The notes under the pieces are model-generated. The model saw only the letters and a program-made list of their open reading frames with translations, was not told the DNA's origin and did not search any database. Shown here piece by piece: positions 18,881-28,232 of a stretch of DNA of 64,000 nucleotides (the stretch's first letter is position 1; every line of letters begins with the position of its first letter). Made by a program: the position numbers and the translations under genes. The DNA is taken from assembly GCA_043823785.1 (NCBI GenBank), contig JBDRAM010000042.1:1563-65562 (forward strand), given 5' to 3'. The stretch is from Candidatus Omnitrophota bacterium (GTDB taxonomy: Bacteria > Omnitrophota > Gorgyraeia > JABMRG01).

Positions 18881-20059
18881 ATGAAAAAACCACGATATGC
18901 GATATGCGATATGCGATATGCGAGACGTAAAATCCAACACACACACTACCGCCCCACATGGGCAGAGGTAGACCTCGGTGCGATAAAGTATAACCTCTCA
19001 CAGGTCAAGAGAGTAATTGGAAAAGATACATCTATACTTGTAGCGGTCAAAGCGAACGCGTACGGCCATGGCATATTAGAGGTATCCAGAGTGCTGGTAA
19101 GCTCCGGCGTAGATTTCCTCGGGGTAGGTACTACCGATGAGGCTGTTCTTTTAAGAAATAATGGATTTAAAATACCTATATTGATATTAGGTTCTATACT
19201 TCCATCCGAAGCCGAAGCTGTTATTAAAAATAATATTAGCCATACGGTAGGCAGCATAGAGCTGGCTTCTTTCATTAACCGTGTATCTGCTAGGATGGGC
19301 CGCCGAGCGAAAGTACACATTAAGATAGATACAGGTATGGGCAGAATAGGTATATGGCATAAGGATGCCGTCTGTTTTATAAAAGAATTGGTACGGTTTA
19401 AAAATATTAATATAGAAGGCATATTCAGCCACTTTCCGAGCGCTGACGATAATGAACTCTTAACCCGAAAGCAGATAAGAGATTTCCAGGCGATCATAAA
19501 CGAAATAGAGAGTCTCGGTATAGATATAAGATATAAGCATATGGCAAACAGTACAGCTCTGGTAGGCTATAAAGAATCTCATATGAATCTTGTAAGGCCA
19601 GGGCTTATGCTATACGGCCTTTATCCGTTATCGTATTCCTCAAAAAGAAAGGCAATCCTTAGGCCCGCGCTTAGCTTAAAAAGCAGAATATCTTTTATCA
19701 AGGATGTGCCTTCCGGAAGAACTATAAGTTATGGCGGCACTTATAAAACCAGGCGGGCTGCTAAAGTAGCTACTATACCTATAGGATATGGAGATGGCTA
19801 CAGCCGCAGGCTTTCAAATAAAGGCCATGTTCTTGTGAAGGGGATAAGGGTAAAGATATTGGGAATCGTATGCATGGATCAGATAATGGCAGATGTAACT
19901 AATGTGCCCGGGGTAAGCGTAGGTGACAAAGTCACCTTGATAGGAAAGGATAAGGGCTGCGGTATTACAGTCGAGGAGATCGCCGAAATCTGCGAAACCA
20001 TACCATATGAAGTGGTATGCTGGTTCGACAATAGGATACCGCGTATTTATATAGAATAA
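18881..20059 (+). CDS. alr: Alanine racemase
   Basis: PLP-lysine motif VAVKANAYGHG and RPTWAEVDLGAI at the N-terminus. The true start may be the in-frame ATG at 18911 inside a heptamer repeat. Confidence 0.88.
   Translation: MKKPRYAICDMRYARRKIQHTHYRPTWAEVDLGAIKYNLSQVKRVIGKDTSILVAVKANAYGHGILEVSRVLVSSGVDFLGVGTTDEAVLLRNNGFKIPILILGSILPSEAEAVIKNNISHTVGSIELASFINRVSARMGRRAKVHIKIDTGMGRIGIWHKDAVCFIKELVRFKNINIEGIFSHFPSADDNELLTRKQIRDFQAIINEIESLGIDIRYKHMANSTALVGYKESHMNLVRPGLMLYGLYPLSYSSKRKAILRPALSLKSRISFIKDVPSGRTISYGGTYKTRRAAKVATIPIGYGDGYSRRLSNKGHVLVKGIRVKILGIVCMDQIMADVTNVPGVSVGDKVTLIGKDKGCGITVEEIAEICETIPYEVVCWFDNRIPRIYIE
18894..18921 (+). repeat. (GATATGC)x4 tandem heptanucleotide repeat at the alr translation start
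   Basis: gatatgc gatatgc gatatgc gatatgc gag. Each unit carries an ATG, and the third (18911) is in frame with alr. Confidence 0.85.
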
Positions 20060-20062
20060 AAT

Positions 20063-21733
20063 ATGAATAACAGATCTGATTTAATAGCGGTTATACTAAT
20101 AATTATTCTAGGAGTAGTTGTCTATTTTAATTCATTAACCGGTGAATTTATCTGGGATGACAACTCTCTTGTAAAAGATAACATTTATATAAAAGATTTA
20201 TCTCACATAACAGATATATTTATTAAAGGAGTAGATGAGCATACCGGCATAGGATCAAGTGCTATATCTTATAGCCCGATTAGATTTTATCGGCCGCTTC
20301 AGATATATACCTACCTTATCGATCATTCCTTATGGAAATTAGATGTAAGAGGTTATCATCTTACAAATATTATTCTGCACATATTGGTATCCCTGACTAT
20401 TTACTGGCTAATAAATATTTTGTTTAATGACAGGATCATATCTTTTTTGACTGCGGCTTTTTTTATAGTGCACCCAGTCCATGTTGAGGCAGTAGCATAC
20501 ATATCAGGAAGGGCTGATTCCCTCGCAGCTTTTTTTATGCTGTTATGCATGGTGCTTTATATAAAATATCTTAATTCCAGGTCCGGAGTTTTTTATATAG
20601 CAATGCTCCTGGCTTACGCACTGGCACTTTTATCAAAAGAAAACAGCTTAATACTTCCTGTATTACTTTTATTTTACCATTTTACATTTAAAAAAAGATT
20701 TCATATAAAAGAATTCTTGCCTGTCGTTTTGCTCACAGCTTGTTATGTAATTGTAAGATTGAAAATCCTGATGTTGTTTCCAGTTTCTGATTTAGGGCCT
20801 CACGCTCTATCGCAAAGAATACCGGGGTTTTTCGCCGCTATAATTGCCTATATTAGGATATTATTTATACCTGTTAGCCTGCATATGGAATATGGGAACA
20901 GATTATTCACCTTAACTGATGCTGATGTCCTTGCAGGAATATGTATCTTTTTTTTACTTTTAGCCGCCGCCCTTTTAAAAAGAAGAAGCGACAATCTTAT
21001 GTTTTTTTCAATATTCTGGTTTTTTATTTTACTTATACCTCAATCTAATATCTATCCCATAAATACCTATATGGCAGAGCACTGGCTTTATCTTCCCTCT
21101 ATAGCCTTTTTTCTTATATTAGCTAGATCCCTAAGGAGATTTTTAAATATTAAAAATTACAAGATTGCTGGTGTTGCCGCCTGTGTTTTCTTGCTTGGTT
21201 TTTTTTCTTATCTGACTATCAGGCAAAACTCTTATTGGCGCAATCCTCTGGTATTTTTCAAGAGGACATTAAGATATGCGCCAGGTAATGTCAATATTCT
21301 CAGATGGCTTGCAATTACCTATAATGAAATGGGATTTAGAGAAGAGGCTGTTGATACGTATAATAAGGCTATAGCTATTACTCCTTATGATTCATCATTA
21401 TATAATAATCTTGCTGCGCTATATTTTGCTTTGGATAATAAAGAAGAAGCGATCAGATTATTTAAAAAAGCCATCGAATTGGAACGCGATTCTGCCGATT
21501 CAGCCATATATTATGATAACTTGGCTGGTGCGTATCGCATTCTTGGAGAAGAGGAGAGAGCCATCTTTTTTCATAAGAGAGCTATTGAAGTTGATCCAAG
21601 TTTTATCAAGGCATACTGCAGCCTTGCGCAGACATACATCATATTTGGTAAGGAAGAAGAAGCAAAGGAGTCATATAAAAAGGCGCTGCAAGTCAATCCT
21701 GATTATGTAATACGATATTTTAAAATAAAATAA
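20063..21733 (+). CDS. Polytopic membrane protein with C-terminal TPR repeats (TMTC/PMT-like GT-C fold candidate)
   Basis: N-terminal multi-TM domain with an FIWDDN motif, then three to four TPR units (AITYNEMGFREEAVDTYNKAI...). Confidence 0.55.
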   Translation: MNNRSDLIAVILIIILGVVVYFNSLTGEFIWDDNSLVKDNIYIKDLSHITDIFIKGVDEHTGIGSSAISYSPIRFYRPLQIYTYLIDHSLWKLDVRGYHLTNIILHILVSLTIYWLINILFNDRIISFLTAAFFIVHPVHVEAVAYISGRADSLAAFFMLLCMVLYIKYLNSRSGVFYIAMLLAYALALLSKENSLILPVLLLFYHFTFKKRFHIKEFLPVVLLTACYVIVRLKILMLFPVSDLGPHALSQRIPGFFAAIIAYIRILFIPVSLHMEYGNRLFTLTDADVLAGICIFFLLLAAALLKRRSDNLMFFSIFWFFILLIPQSNIYPINTYMAEHWLYLPSIAFFLILARSLRRFLNIKNYKIAGVAACVFLLGFFSYLTIRQNSYWRNPLVFFKRTLRYAPGNVNILRWLAITYNEMGFREEAVDTYNKAIAITPYDSSLYNNLAALYFALDNKEEAIRLFKKAIELERDSADSAIYYDNLAGAYRILGEEERAIFFHKRAIEVDPSFIKAYCSLAQTYIIFGKEEEAKESYKKALQVNPDYVIRYFKIK

Positions 21734-21868
21734 GATAAGCTAATGTATAAGATTAAGCTAGTTTTTAGTAGATTTAGAGAGATTTTAAGAGAATTATGCT
21801 TAGAAAGAGCTTATTTATGGGCTTGACTAGTAAGTTTAAATACTATATACTTCTATTACTGTATATCA

Positions 21869-21884
21869 AGTGCTATCAAGCACT
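21869..21884. promoter_or_regulatory. Palindrome AGTGCT-ATCA-AGCACT upstream of the MerR-like gene (candidate operator)
   Basis: Perfect 6-4-6 inverted repeat about 70 bp upstream of ATG 21954. A TTGACT -35-like hexamer lies just upstream. Confidence 0.4.
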
Positions 21885-21953
21885 ACTTAGGTAACTCTAA
21901 GAGCTTTTAGAGCATTATGATATAATTTTAATAAAGGCGCAATATGCGTTCTG

Positions 21954-22157
21954 TTGTGGAGGTTTAGGATGAAATCTGAGAGATACTATTCTGCCAACGA
22001 AGTTGCCAGGGTATTAAGCATGTCCAAGCAGACTTTAGTGAGGTATGAGTCTAAGGGGATATTCCCCAGAGCAAGACGCAATAGAGTTAATGGTTGGAGG
22101 GAATATACTATTAATGAGATAAATCATCTGAGAAATATAATGGGCAGGACAACATGA
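21954..22157 (+). CDS. Small MerR/excisionase-type HTH DNA-binding protein
   Basis: YSANEVARVLSMSKQTLVRYESKGIFP is a MerR-like helix-turn-helix. 67 aa. Sits immediately upstream of the pilM operon. Confidence 0.6.
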   Translation: MWRFRMKSERYYSANEVARVLSMSKQTLVRYESKGIFPRARRNRVNGWREYTINEINHLRNIMGRTT

Positions 22158-22187
22158 TGATTATTTTATGTGTACGGGAGAATATAG

Positions 22188-23762
22188 ATGGCTAAGGAAG
22201 TTGTCGGTATATATATATCAGCAAAAAGCGTAGATATAGTAGAACTTAGTGGTTCTGCGCACATGCCCCGACTTAAGAATTTTATTCGTGAGGATATTGC
22301 TTCTTCGTCCGCGGATACAATAAAGGATAGCAAGGATGAGCTTGCTAAAAAGCAGGATACCCGCCGCGAGAGCATATCGCTTGCTATAAAAGAAGGCCTT
22401 AGTAAGATGAATATAAGGTCAGCCAGTGCCCGCACTGTTCTACATACAAGCGATGTTATGATACGCTATTTTAGCATGCCTAAAATGCCAAAGTCAGAAC
22501 AGGCGCAGGCAGTAAAGTTTGAGGTTAGAAAGTATATTCCGTTTAAGGTTGATAAATTAGCCTGTGATTTTAAGATACTACCGACTTCTTCCAGGTCAAA
22601 GAATGTTATGGATGTTTTCTTTATTGCCGCGACCAAGGACAATCTTAGCTCTCATCTGGATCTATTCAATAAAGCTGATACAGACGCTGCCGGAGTAGAT
22701 ATTATTCCTTTCGCGCTTGTTAAGGCCCTCATTTTATGCAGAAAGCTCACACCCAAAGATAATGTGGCGGTATTGTATTTTGATAATGACAGGTTATCCG
22801 CTTCTATACATATCATTGAGAGAGGGATACCATTTTTAAGCCGTGATATTACGGTAATAGCTGATGATAAGGAAGCATTTTTTGAAAAAATGGTCAGCGA
22901 AATAAGGGTTTCACTCGATTACTATCACCGCCAAAAACCCCAGACTGACGTTACAAAGGTTATCATATGCGGTGAAAGATTATATGAAGGCTTAGATACA
23001 TTTTTGTCCGATGAGCTAAAAGTCATAACCGAAACCCTGGATGGGTTTACAGGTTTAAGGGGAGCGGAAAAGGTAGACCCTTCCTTCGCTATTTCTATCG
23101 GAGCTGCTTTAGGCGGATTGGGAAAGTCGAATTATAGTATCAATCTGTCGCCTTTTGCGGGAGTAAAAGAAAAGAGAGATCTTGCCAATATAATTTATAT
23201 GGAGGCGGCTGCAACCCTTTTTATAGTAATAGCGATCTTTATTGTAACAAGTTTTCAGAGCGGCAGCTTATGGGCAAAGCTTAAAAAGATAGAAAGCCAG
23301 CAGCAGGATATTATGCCTGAGATAGCCTCTTTTAACAACACGGCATTGAAGGCGCTGAATACTAAAACAATAGAAGAGCTTAAATTCCTGGAACTTATTT
23401 TAAATGATAGGATATCGTGGACAGAGATATTGGATAGGTTAGCAAAAGATATACCTAATGAGATGTGGCTTACCGGATTTGACGCGAGAGAATATTTTTT
23501 AAAAACAGGTTCCTCGAGCTACCCTGAAAAGATGAGCCGAAGCCTTTCTATAGCAGGGAATGCGTTCTCTCTAAATGGCAGGAACAGAGAAATAGAGAAT
23601 ATAAGCAGTTTTCTCTCTATTCTTAAAGAAGATAAGATATTCGCGGATTTCTTTGACAAGATAGAATTAGGCCCTATAGATGAGAGGAGAGAAAGAGACC
23701 ATATGATATCTTCATTTGAGATAAACGCGAAAAGAGAAACCTTAGATAGAGGCAGAAGTTAG
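22188..23762 (+). CDS. pilMN: Type IV pilus assembly protein PilM fused to PilN
   Basis: N-terminal actin-like PilM region of about 340 aa, a single TM (LFIVIAIFIVTSF), then a 160-aa PilN-like periplasmic coiled-coil region. 524 aa in total. Confidence 0.7.
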   Translation: MAKEVVGIYISAKSVDIVELSGSAHMPRLKNFIREDIASSSADTIKDSKDELAKKQDTRRESISLAIKEGLSKMNIRSASARTVLHTSDVMIRYFSMPKMPKSEQAQAVKFEVRKYIPFKVDKLACDFKILPTSSRSKNVMDVFFIAATKDNLSSHLDLFNKADTDAAGVDIIPFALVKALILCRKLTPKDNVAVLYFDNDRLSASIHIIERGIPFLSRDITVIADDKEAFFEKMVSEIRVSLDYYHRQKPQTDVTKVIICGERLYEGLDTFLSDELKVITETLDGFTGLRGAEKVDPSFAISIGAALGGLGKSNYSINLSPFAGVKEKRDLANIIYMEAAATLFIVIAIFIVTSFQSGSLWAKLKKIESQQQDIMPEIASFNNTALKALNTKTIEELKFLELILNDRISWTEILDRLAKDIPNEMWLTGFDAREYFLKTGSSSYPEKMSRSLSIAGNAFSLNGRNREIENISSFLSILKEDKIFADFFDKIELGPIDERRERDHMISSFEINAKRETLDRGRS

Positions 23763-23764
23763 CC

Positions 23765-24304
23765 ATGGCAGTACATAAGATAAATATAAATGAGCAAACC
23801 AAGCTGATGGCTATAGGCATTGCCATAGCGTTGCTGACTATTCTTATCTCTTATGCTATGATTCGCAAATCGTATAATATAAGAAACAGCCAAACAGCAA
23901 AGATAGAAGAGGAGAAAGAGAGCCAGGTTTTAAGAAATAAGATAACCGGGCTATACGAGCTAAGGGGTAAATACCGCAAATATCTTTATGAGACTGAGGA
24001 TATAGATGTTTTAAGAAACAACATATCTTCTTTGGCCCTAAACTCCGGTATAGATATTGTTTCATTGCAGCCGCTTGAGCCGGAAAAAATAGGAAAGTAT
24101 TCAAAGGTCTCTTTTAATCTGCGCGTAAGATGCAGTTATGATAAGCTGGGAAAGTTTATAGAGAGCATAGAGACCTATCCCACGCTGACCAATGTCGAAG
24201 AGCTTACCCTGTATTCCGGCGCCTCAGAGACAGAGCGCAAATATCAGGGAGCTACTATTGCGGAGGTATCTCTTTTAGTCAATGCTTACTGCATGGGAAA
24301 ATAA
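23765..24304 (+). CDS. pilO: Type IV pilus assembly protein PilO-like
   Basis: N-terminal TM, coiled coil and C-terminal domain. Position between pilMN and pilQ. Confidence 0.6.
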   Translation: MAVHKININEQTKLMAIGIAIALLTILISYAMIRKSYNIRNSQTAKIEEEKESQVLRNKITGLYELRGKYRKYLYETEDIDVLRNNISSLALNSGIDIVSLQPLEPEKIGKYSKVSFNLRVRCSYDKLGKFIESIETYPTLTNVEELTLYSGASETERKYQGATIAEVSLLVNAYCMGK

Positions 24305-24321
24305 TCGAATAGAGTGATAAT

Positions 24322-24804
24322 ATGGATAAAGAAAAGCGCGAGAAGATAATACTTGCAATAATCATACCTATATTTTTAATAGGCCTGGGCTATAGTTTTA
24401 TGCATGGCAGGACGAAAAGCCAAGATGCAGGTACAGATGGTATTAATATTATAGAAAAAGAGCAGGAGATGGGTTTGCATGCGCAGGCTGATGCGGAGAT
24501 ATCCATACCCGATGGTATATTAGAGGTAAAATATGAGGGCAGCGGCAAGGATCCGCTTAAGGACCTGATGCAGGAGTATCTTAAGACACAAAAATATGAA
24601 GAGCCCAAGCTTGTAATGGGAGAGATGCCTTTGCCGGACCTAAAAATACAAGGCCTGCTCTGGAAATCCGACATGCCTCAGGTTATAGTAAACGGCCAAG
24701 TCCTTAAATTGGGCGATACTATAGAGGGCGTGAAAATATCAGATATAAAAAAAGAAGGTATAACAGTTGAGCACGGTGGCAGATCCGTGTTCATTAAAAA
24801 ATAA
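24322..24804 (+). CDS. PilP-like small bitopic protein
   Basis: N-terminal TM plus a beta-rich C-terminus, directly upstream of the secretin. Assigned by position. Confidence 0.45.
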   Translation: MDKEKREKIILAIIIPIFLIGLGYSFMHGRTKSQDAGTDGINIIEKEQEMGLHAQADAEISIPDGILEVKYEGSGKDPLKDLMQEYLKTQKYEEPKLVMGEMPLPDLKIQGLLWKSDMPQVIVNGQVLKLGDTIEGVKISDIKKEGITVEHGGRSVFIKK

Positions 24805-24885
24805 AAAGCAAGCGGCCGAAGGCCGCGTGAGTCCGCCGTAGCCCTCCAGTGGTATCCGCGTAGTAAGGGCGGAGGCGGATAAAAA
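24803..24885. repeat. Third copy of REP-like family A
   Basis: aaaagcaagcggccgaaggccgcgtgagtccgccgtagccctccagtggtatccgcgtagtaagggcggaggcggataaaaa. Same two-hairpin layout, with compensatory changes in hairpin 1. Confidence 0.75.
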
Positions 24886-24897
24886 GGAGAAGATAAG

Positions 24898-26397
24898 ATG
24901 AGGATATTAAATAGTAACGGTTGGATGATAACAAAAATATTATTGATATCCATACTTATATTTAATTATCCGTGCGAAGTTAGCGCACAGGGCTCCCCGC
25001 GCATTTCTATGGATTTTCAGAATGCGGAGCTTAAAGATGTGCTCAAGGTATTTTCGCAGCAGGCAGGCTTGAATTTTGTCGCTTCAGATAATATAGAGGA
25101 TAAGAAGATAACTCTTTATCTCGATGATGTTACAGTGCAGGATGCCCTTGACTCTATAATGAAGGCCAACAATCTTATATATGAACAGCCGCCTGAAAGC
25201 AATATATTTGTCGTAAAGGAATCCAAAGAGGCGGAAATCCAGATGGTCACAAAAGTATACAAGCTCAAATATGCCCGCGTTGCCGCCACAGGCAATGTTA
25301 TGCAGGAGCAGGTGGTAGATATCAGGACACTGCTAAAAGATATGCTTACAAAGAAGGACGGGGGCTCTTCATATGGCAGTATTGCTGTTGATAGACGTAC
25401 TAACAGCGTCATAATCACTACAGTTGCCGAGGACTTCCCTTTGATAGAAAGGACGATTAATGAGCTTGACTCTATGACTCCGCAAGCGCTTATAGAGGCA
25501 GAGATAGTTGAGATAAATACATCAGCCTTCCAGGCATTGGGCTTAGATTGGGGCGGTGCTACAGGAACATTTGTAAGCTTTACAGGGCCTGTAAAAAGCA
25601 CCAAATTCCCCTTTATAAGAGATCAAGGCATGTTTAAGCAAGGCCTTTTAGAGGGAGCCGAGACTGCTAATAGATTAGGCACTCTTTCTCTTGCTGAGTT
25701 CAGCGTTCTTATTAAAGCATTAGAGAGCGAAGGCATGGCAAGATATCTAGCGAAACCCAGAATGATGGTCTTAAATAATGAGACTGCCGAGATAAATATA
25801 ACATCAGATACCGCTGTAGGCATAGAAAGCACGACCATAACAGAGACAGGGGAGGTTATAAGAAAGGCAGAGCGACAGGAGACAGGGGTAAGCCTTAAGG
25901 TTACTCCTACTATAAATGAGAATGATTATATAACCATGACAATAGAACCGAATGTTTCAAGGCCTATACAATCAGAATTTTTTAGTGATTTTGTAGATCC
26001 TGCAAAGCGCAGCGCGAAGACCACGGTTATGGTCAAAGGCGGCCAGACATTAGCTATAGGCGGGCTTCTTAAATCAGATGACGAAGGAAGCAAGAGAAAG
26101 ACCCCCGGAGTAAACAAGATACCGTTTTTTGGTAATCTATTTAAATCAAAGGAAGACAGGTCATCCGGCACAGAGCTTGTTATATTTATCACAGCGCATG
26201 TTATAAGAGATGTTGCTGAACTCGGCGCGGATCTTATAGAGATAGATAGGCAGAAGGATAAAGGCCTGCCTAAGGAAGTTGAGATACTTGACGCGGAGAA
26301 ACAGCTAAGTGACGATAGAGAGTCAGAGATAAAAAAGACCGTTATAAAACTTAGAAAGAAAAGAGAACTCAGCAGAACCACAGATCGCACAGATTGA
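24898..26397 (+). CDS. pilQ: Type IV pilus secretin PilQ (short form, no AMIN domains)
   Basis: Signal peptide, secretin-N (NolW-like) region and secretin core (GGQTLAIGGL...ELVIFITAHVI). Confidence 0.8.
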   Translation: MRILNSNGWMITKILLISILIFNYPCEVSAQGSPRISMDFQNAELKDVLKVFSQQAGLNFVASDNIEDKKITLYLDDVTVQDALDSIMKANNLIYEQPPESNIFVVKESKEAEIQMVTKVYKLKYARVAATGNVMQEQVVDIRTLLKDMLTKKDGGSSYGSIAVDRRTNSVIITTVAEDFPLIERTINELDSMTPQALIEAEIVEINTSAFQALGLDWGGATGTFVSFTGPVKSTKFPFIRDQGMFKQGLLEGAETANRLGTLSLAEFSVLIKALESEGMARYLAKPRMMVLNNETAEINITSDTAVGIESTTITETGEVIRKAERQETGVSLKVTPTINENDYITMTIEPNVSRPIQSEFFSDFVDPAKRSAKTTVMVKGGQTLAIGGLLKSDDEGSKRKTPGVNKIPFFGNLFKSKEDRSSGTELVIFITAHVIRDVAELGADLIEIDRQKDKGLPKEVEILDAEKQLSDDRESEIKKTVIKLRKKRELSRTTDRTD

Positions 26398-26493
26398 CTT
26401 GTAAACAATTCACTCTACAGATAGCACAGATTTAGCGGGAGGAAACGAGCGAACGTGAAATCTGGGCAATAAACTAGTAAAGCAAATTAAAAT

Positions 26494-28197
26494 ATGCGTA
26501 AGTCCAAGCTTAGAATAGGTGAAATCCTGATGAGGGAGGGCACCCTTACTCAAGCGCAGCTTGATGAGGCATTAAGGTCGCAGAAGACGAGCGGCCGGAC
26601 ATTAGGCGATATAATAGTTGATAAAGGTTTTACATCGGAGAAAGACTTAGCCAATGCCCTGGCAAAGCAGTTGGATATACCGTTCGCGTCTTTAAACGAC
26701 GGTTCCTTAAAGCCCTCAGGCAAAGAGATGGCAGAGCTTGTGCCGGAATCCTTCGCGAGAAGCCAGATAGTTCTCCCGCTTTCAAAACATCTTAAATCGC
26801 TTACCGTAGCGTTCGCGAATCCGCTGGACCTCCTTGTAATAGATAATCTAAAGAAAATCACAGGTTGCGAGATAAATCCTATTATCGCGACAAAGAAAGA
26901 CCTCAGGGAAGCCGTAGATAAATTCTATGGGCACGTGGATCTTTTAAAAGAGGCTGTGGACAGCTCTTATTCTATAGAAGAAGAGGGCGCTGCAGAAGCG
27001 TTTGATGAGACTACGGCAGAAACCCTTGAGGACCTTATATCCAGGGCTGAAGAGGCCCCTGTGGTTAAACTGGTCGATCTTATGCTTATACAGGCAGTGC
27101 GTGAGAAGGCCAGCGATATACACATAGAGCCTTTTAAGGACAGGATAAACGTAAGGATAAGAGTTGATGGTATATTGCACCCCATAGCGCCGCCGTCTCA
27201 GCATCTTCTGCCCGCGCTTATATCCAGAATAAAGATACTATCCAATATGGATATAGCTGAAAGAAGGCTGCCCCAGGATGGGGGCTTTGTAGTAAAGATA
27301 GAGGACCGCCCTGTTGATATAAGGGCTTCTCTTGTGCCTACTATATTTGGCGAGAAGGCTGTTTTAAGGATTTTAGATAAAGGCGCTGTTTCGCACGACC
27401 TTGATAAGCTTGGATTTTCAAAAAAGGATCTGGAGGTATTTAAGAGATCTATTACAAGGCCCTATGGGCTTGTCTTTATAACCGGGCCTACTGGAAGCGG
27501 AAAGACTACCACGCTTTATTCCGCGCTCAGCCATGTAAAGAGTTCCACGAAGAATATTATGACAGTTGAAGATCCGGTAGAATATCAGTTGACCGGGATC
27601 AACCAGGTCCAGGTAAAACCCAAGATAGGGTTAACTTTCGCGGCAAGCCTGCGCTCTTTTTTAAGGCAGGACCCTGATATTATTATGGTAGGAGAGGTCA
27701 GGGATATAGAGACAGCCGGTATATGCGTAAGAGCCGCGCTTACAGGACATCTTGTATTTAGCACACTCCATACCAATGACGCGCCGGCTGCTATAACCAG
27801 GCTTATAGATATAGGCATAGAGCGCTTTCTTGTAGCGTCAAGCGTCGTGCTTATAATGGCCCAGCGGCTTATAAGAAAACTATGCCCGAAATGTAAAGAG
27901 CCGGCCGATATGCCGGATGAACTTATAAAACAATATGACCTGCCAAAAAAGAAGGTCTTTAAGGCTAAGGGGTGTGAATATTGCAGAAATACAGGTTATT
28001 CGGGTAGAATTGCCATAACCGAGGTCCTGGCAGTGGATGAGGATATAAGGGAGATGATAGTAAAGGGCGCTTCTTTGCCCAGCATTAGAGAAGCAGCGAA
28101 AAAATCAGGTATGACTACTTTGGTAGAAAGCGGGATAGAGAAGGTATTAGCGGGGGTAACAAGTGTTGATGAGATAGCAAGTGTTACTTTTGTATGA
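26494..28197 (+). CDS. pilB: Type IV pilus assembly ATPase PilB (GspE family)
   Basis: GSPII_E N-terminal domain. Walker A GPTGSGKTTT. C-terminal CxxC...CxxC tetracysteine. 567 aa. Confidence 0.88.
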   Translation: MRKSKLRIGEILMREGTLTQAQLDEALRSQKTSGRTLGDIIVDKGFTSEKDLANALAKQLDIPFASLNDGSLKPSGKEMAELVPESFARSQIVLPLSKHLKSLTVAFANPLDLLVIDNLKKITGCEINPIIATKKDLREAVDKFYGHVDLLKEAVDSSYSIEEEGAAEAFDETTAETLEDLISRAEEAPVVKLVDLMLIQAVREKASDIHIEPFKDRINVRIRVDGILHPIAPPSQHLLPALISRIKILSNMDIAERRLPQDGGFVVKIEDRPVDIRASLVPTIFGEKAVLRILDKGAVSHDLDKLGFSKKDLEVFKRSITRPYGLVFITGPTGSGKTTTLYSALSHVKSSTKNIMTVEDPVEYQLTGINQVQVKPKIGLTFAASLRSFLRQDPDIIMVGEVRDIETAGICVRAALTGHLVFSTLHTNDAPAAITRLIDIGIERFLVASSVVLIMAQRLIRKLCPKCKEPADMPDELIKQYDLPKKKVFKAKGCEYCRNTGYSGRIAITEVLAVDEDIREMIVKGASLPSIREAAKKSGMTTLVESGIEKVLAGVTSVDEIASVTFV

Positions 28198-28232
28198 TCA
28201 GTATCTTTTAAAGAGAGGGAGATTTAGAAGGT

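Noticed and set aside
21387-21710. 107-aa plus-strand ORF overlapping the 3' end of the membrane/TPR gene in another frame
   Set aside because: It is fully nested in a well-supported CDS, and its basic low-complexity translation comes from the AT-rich frame.
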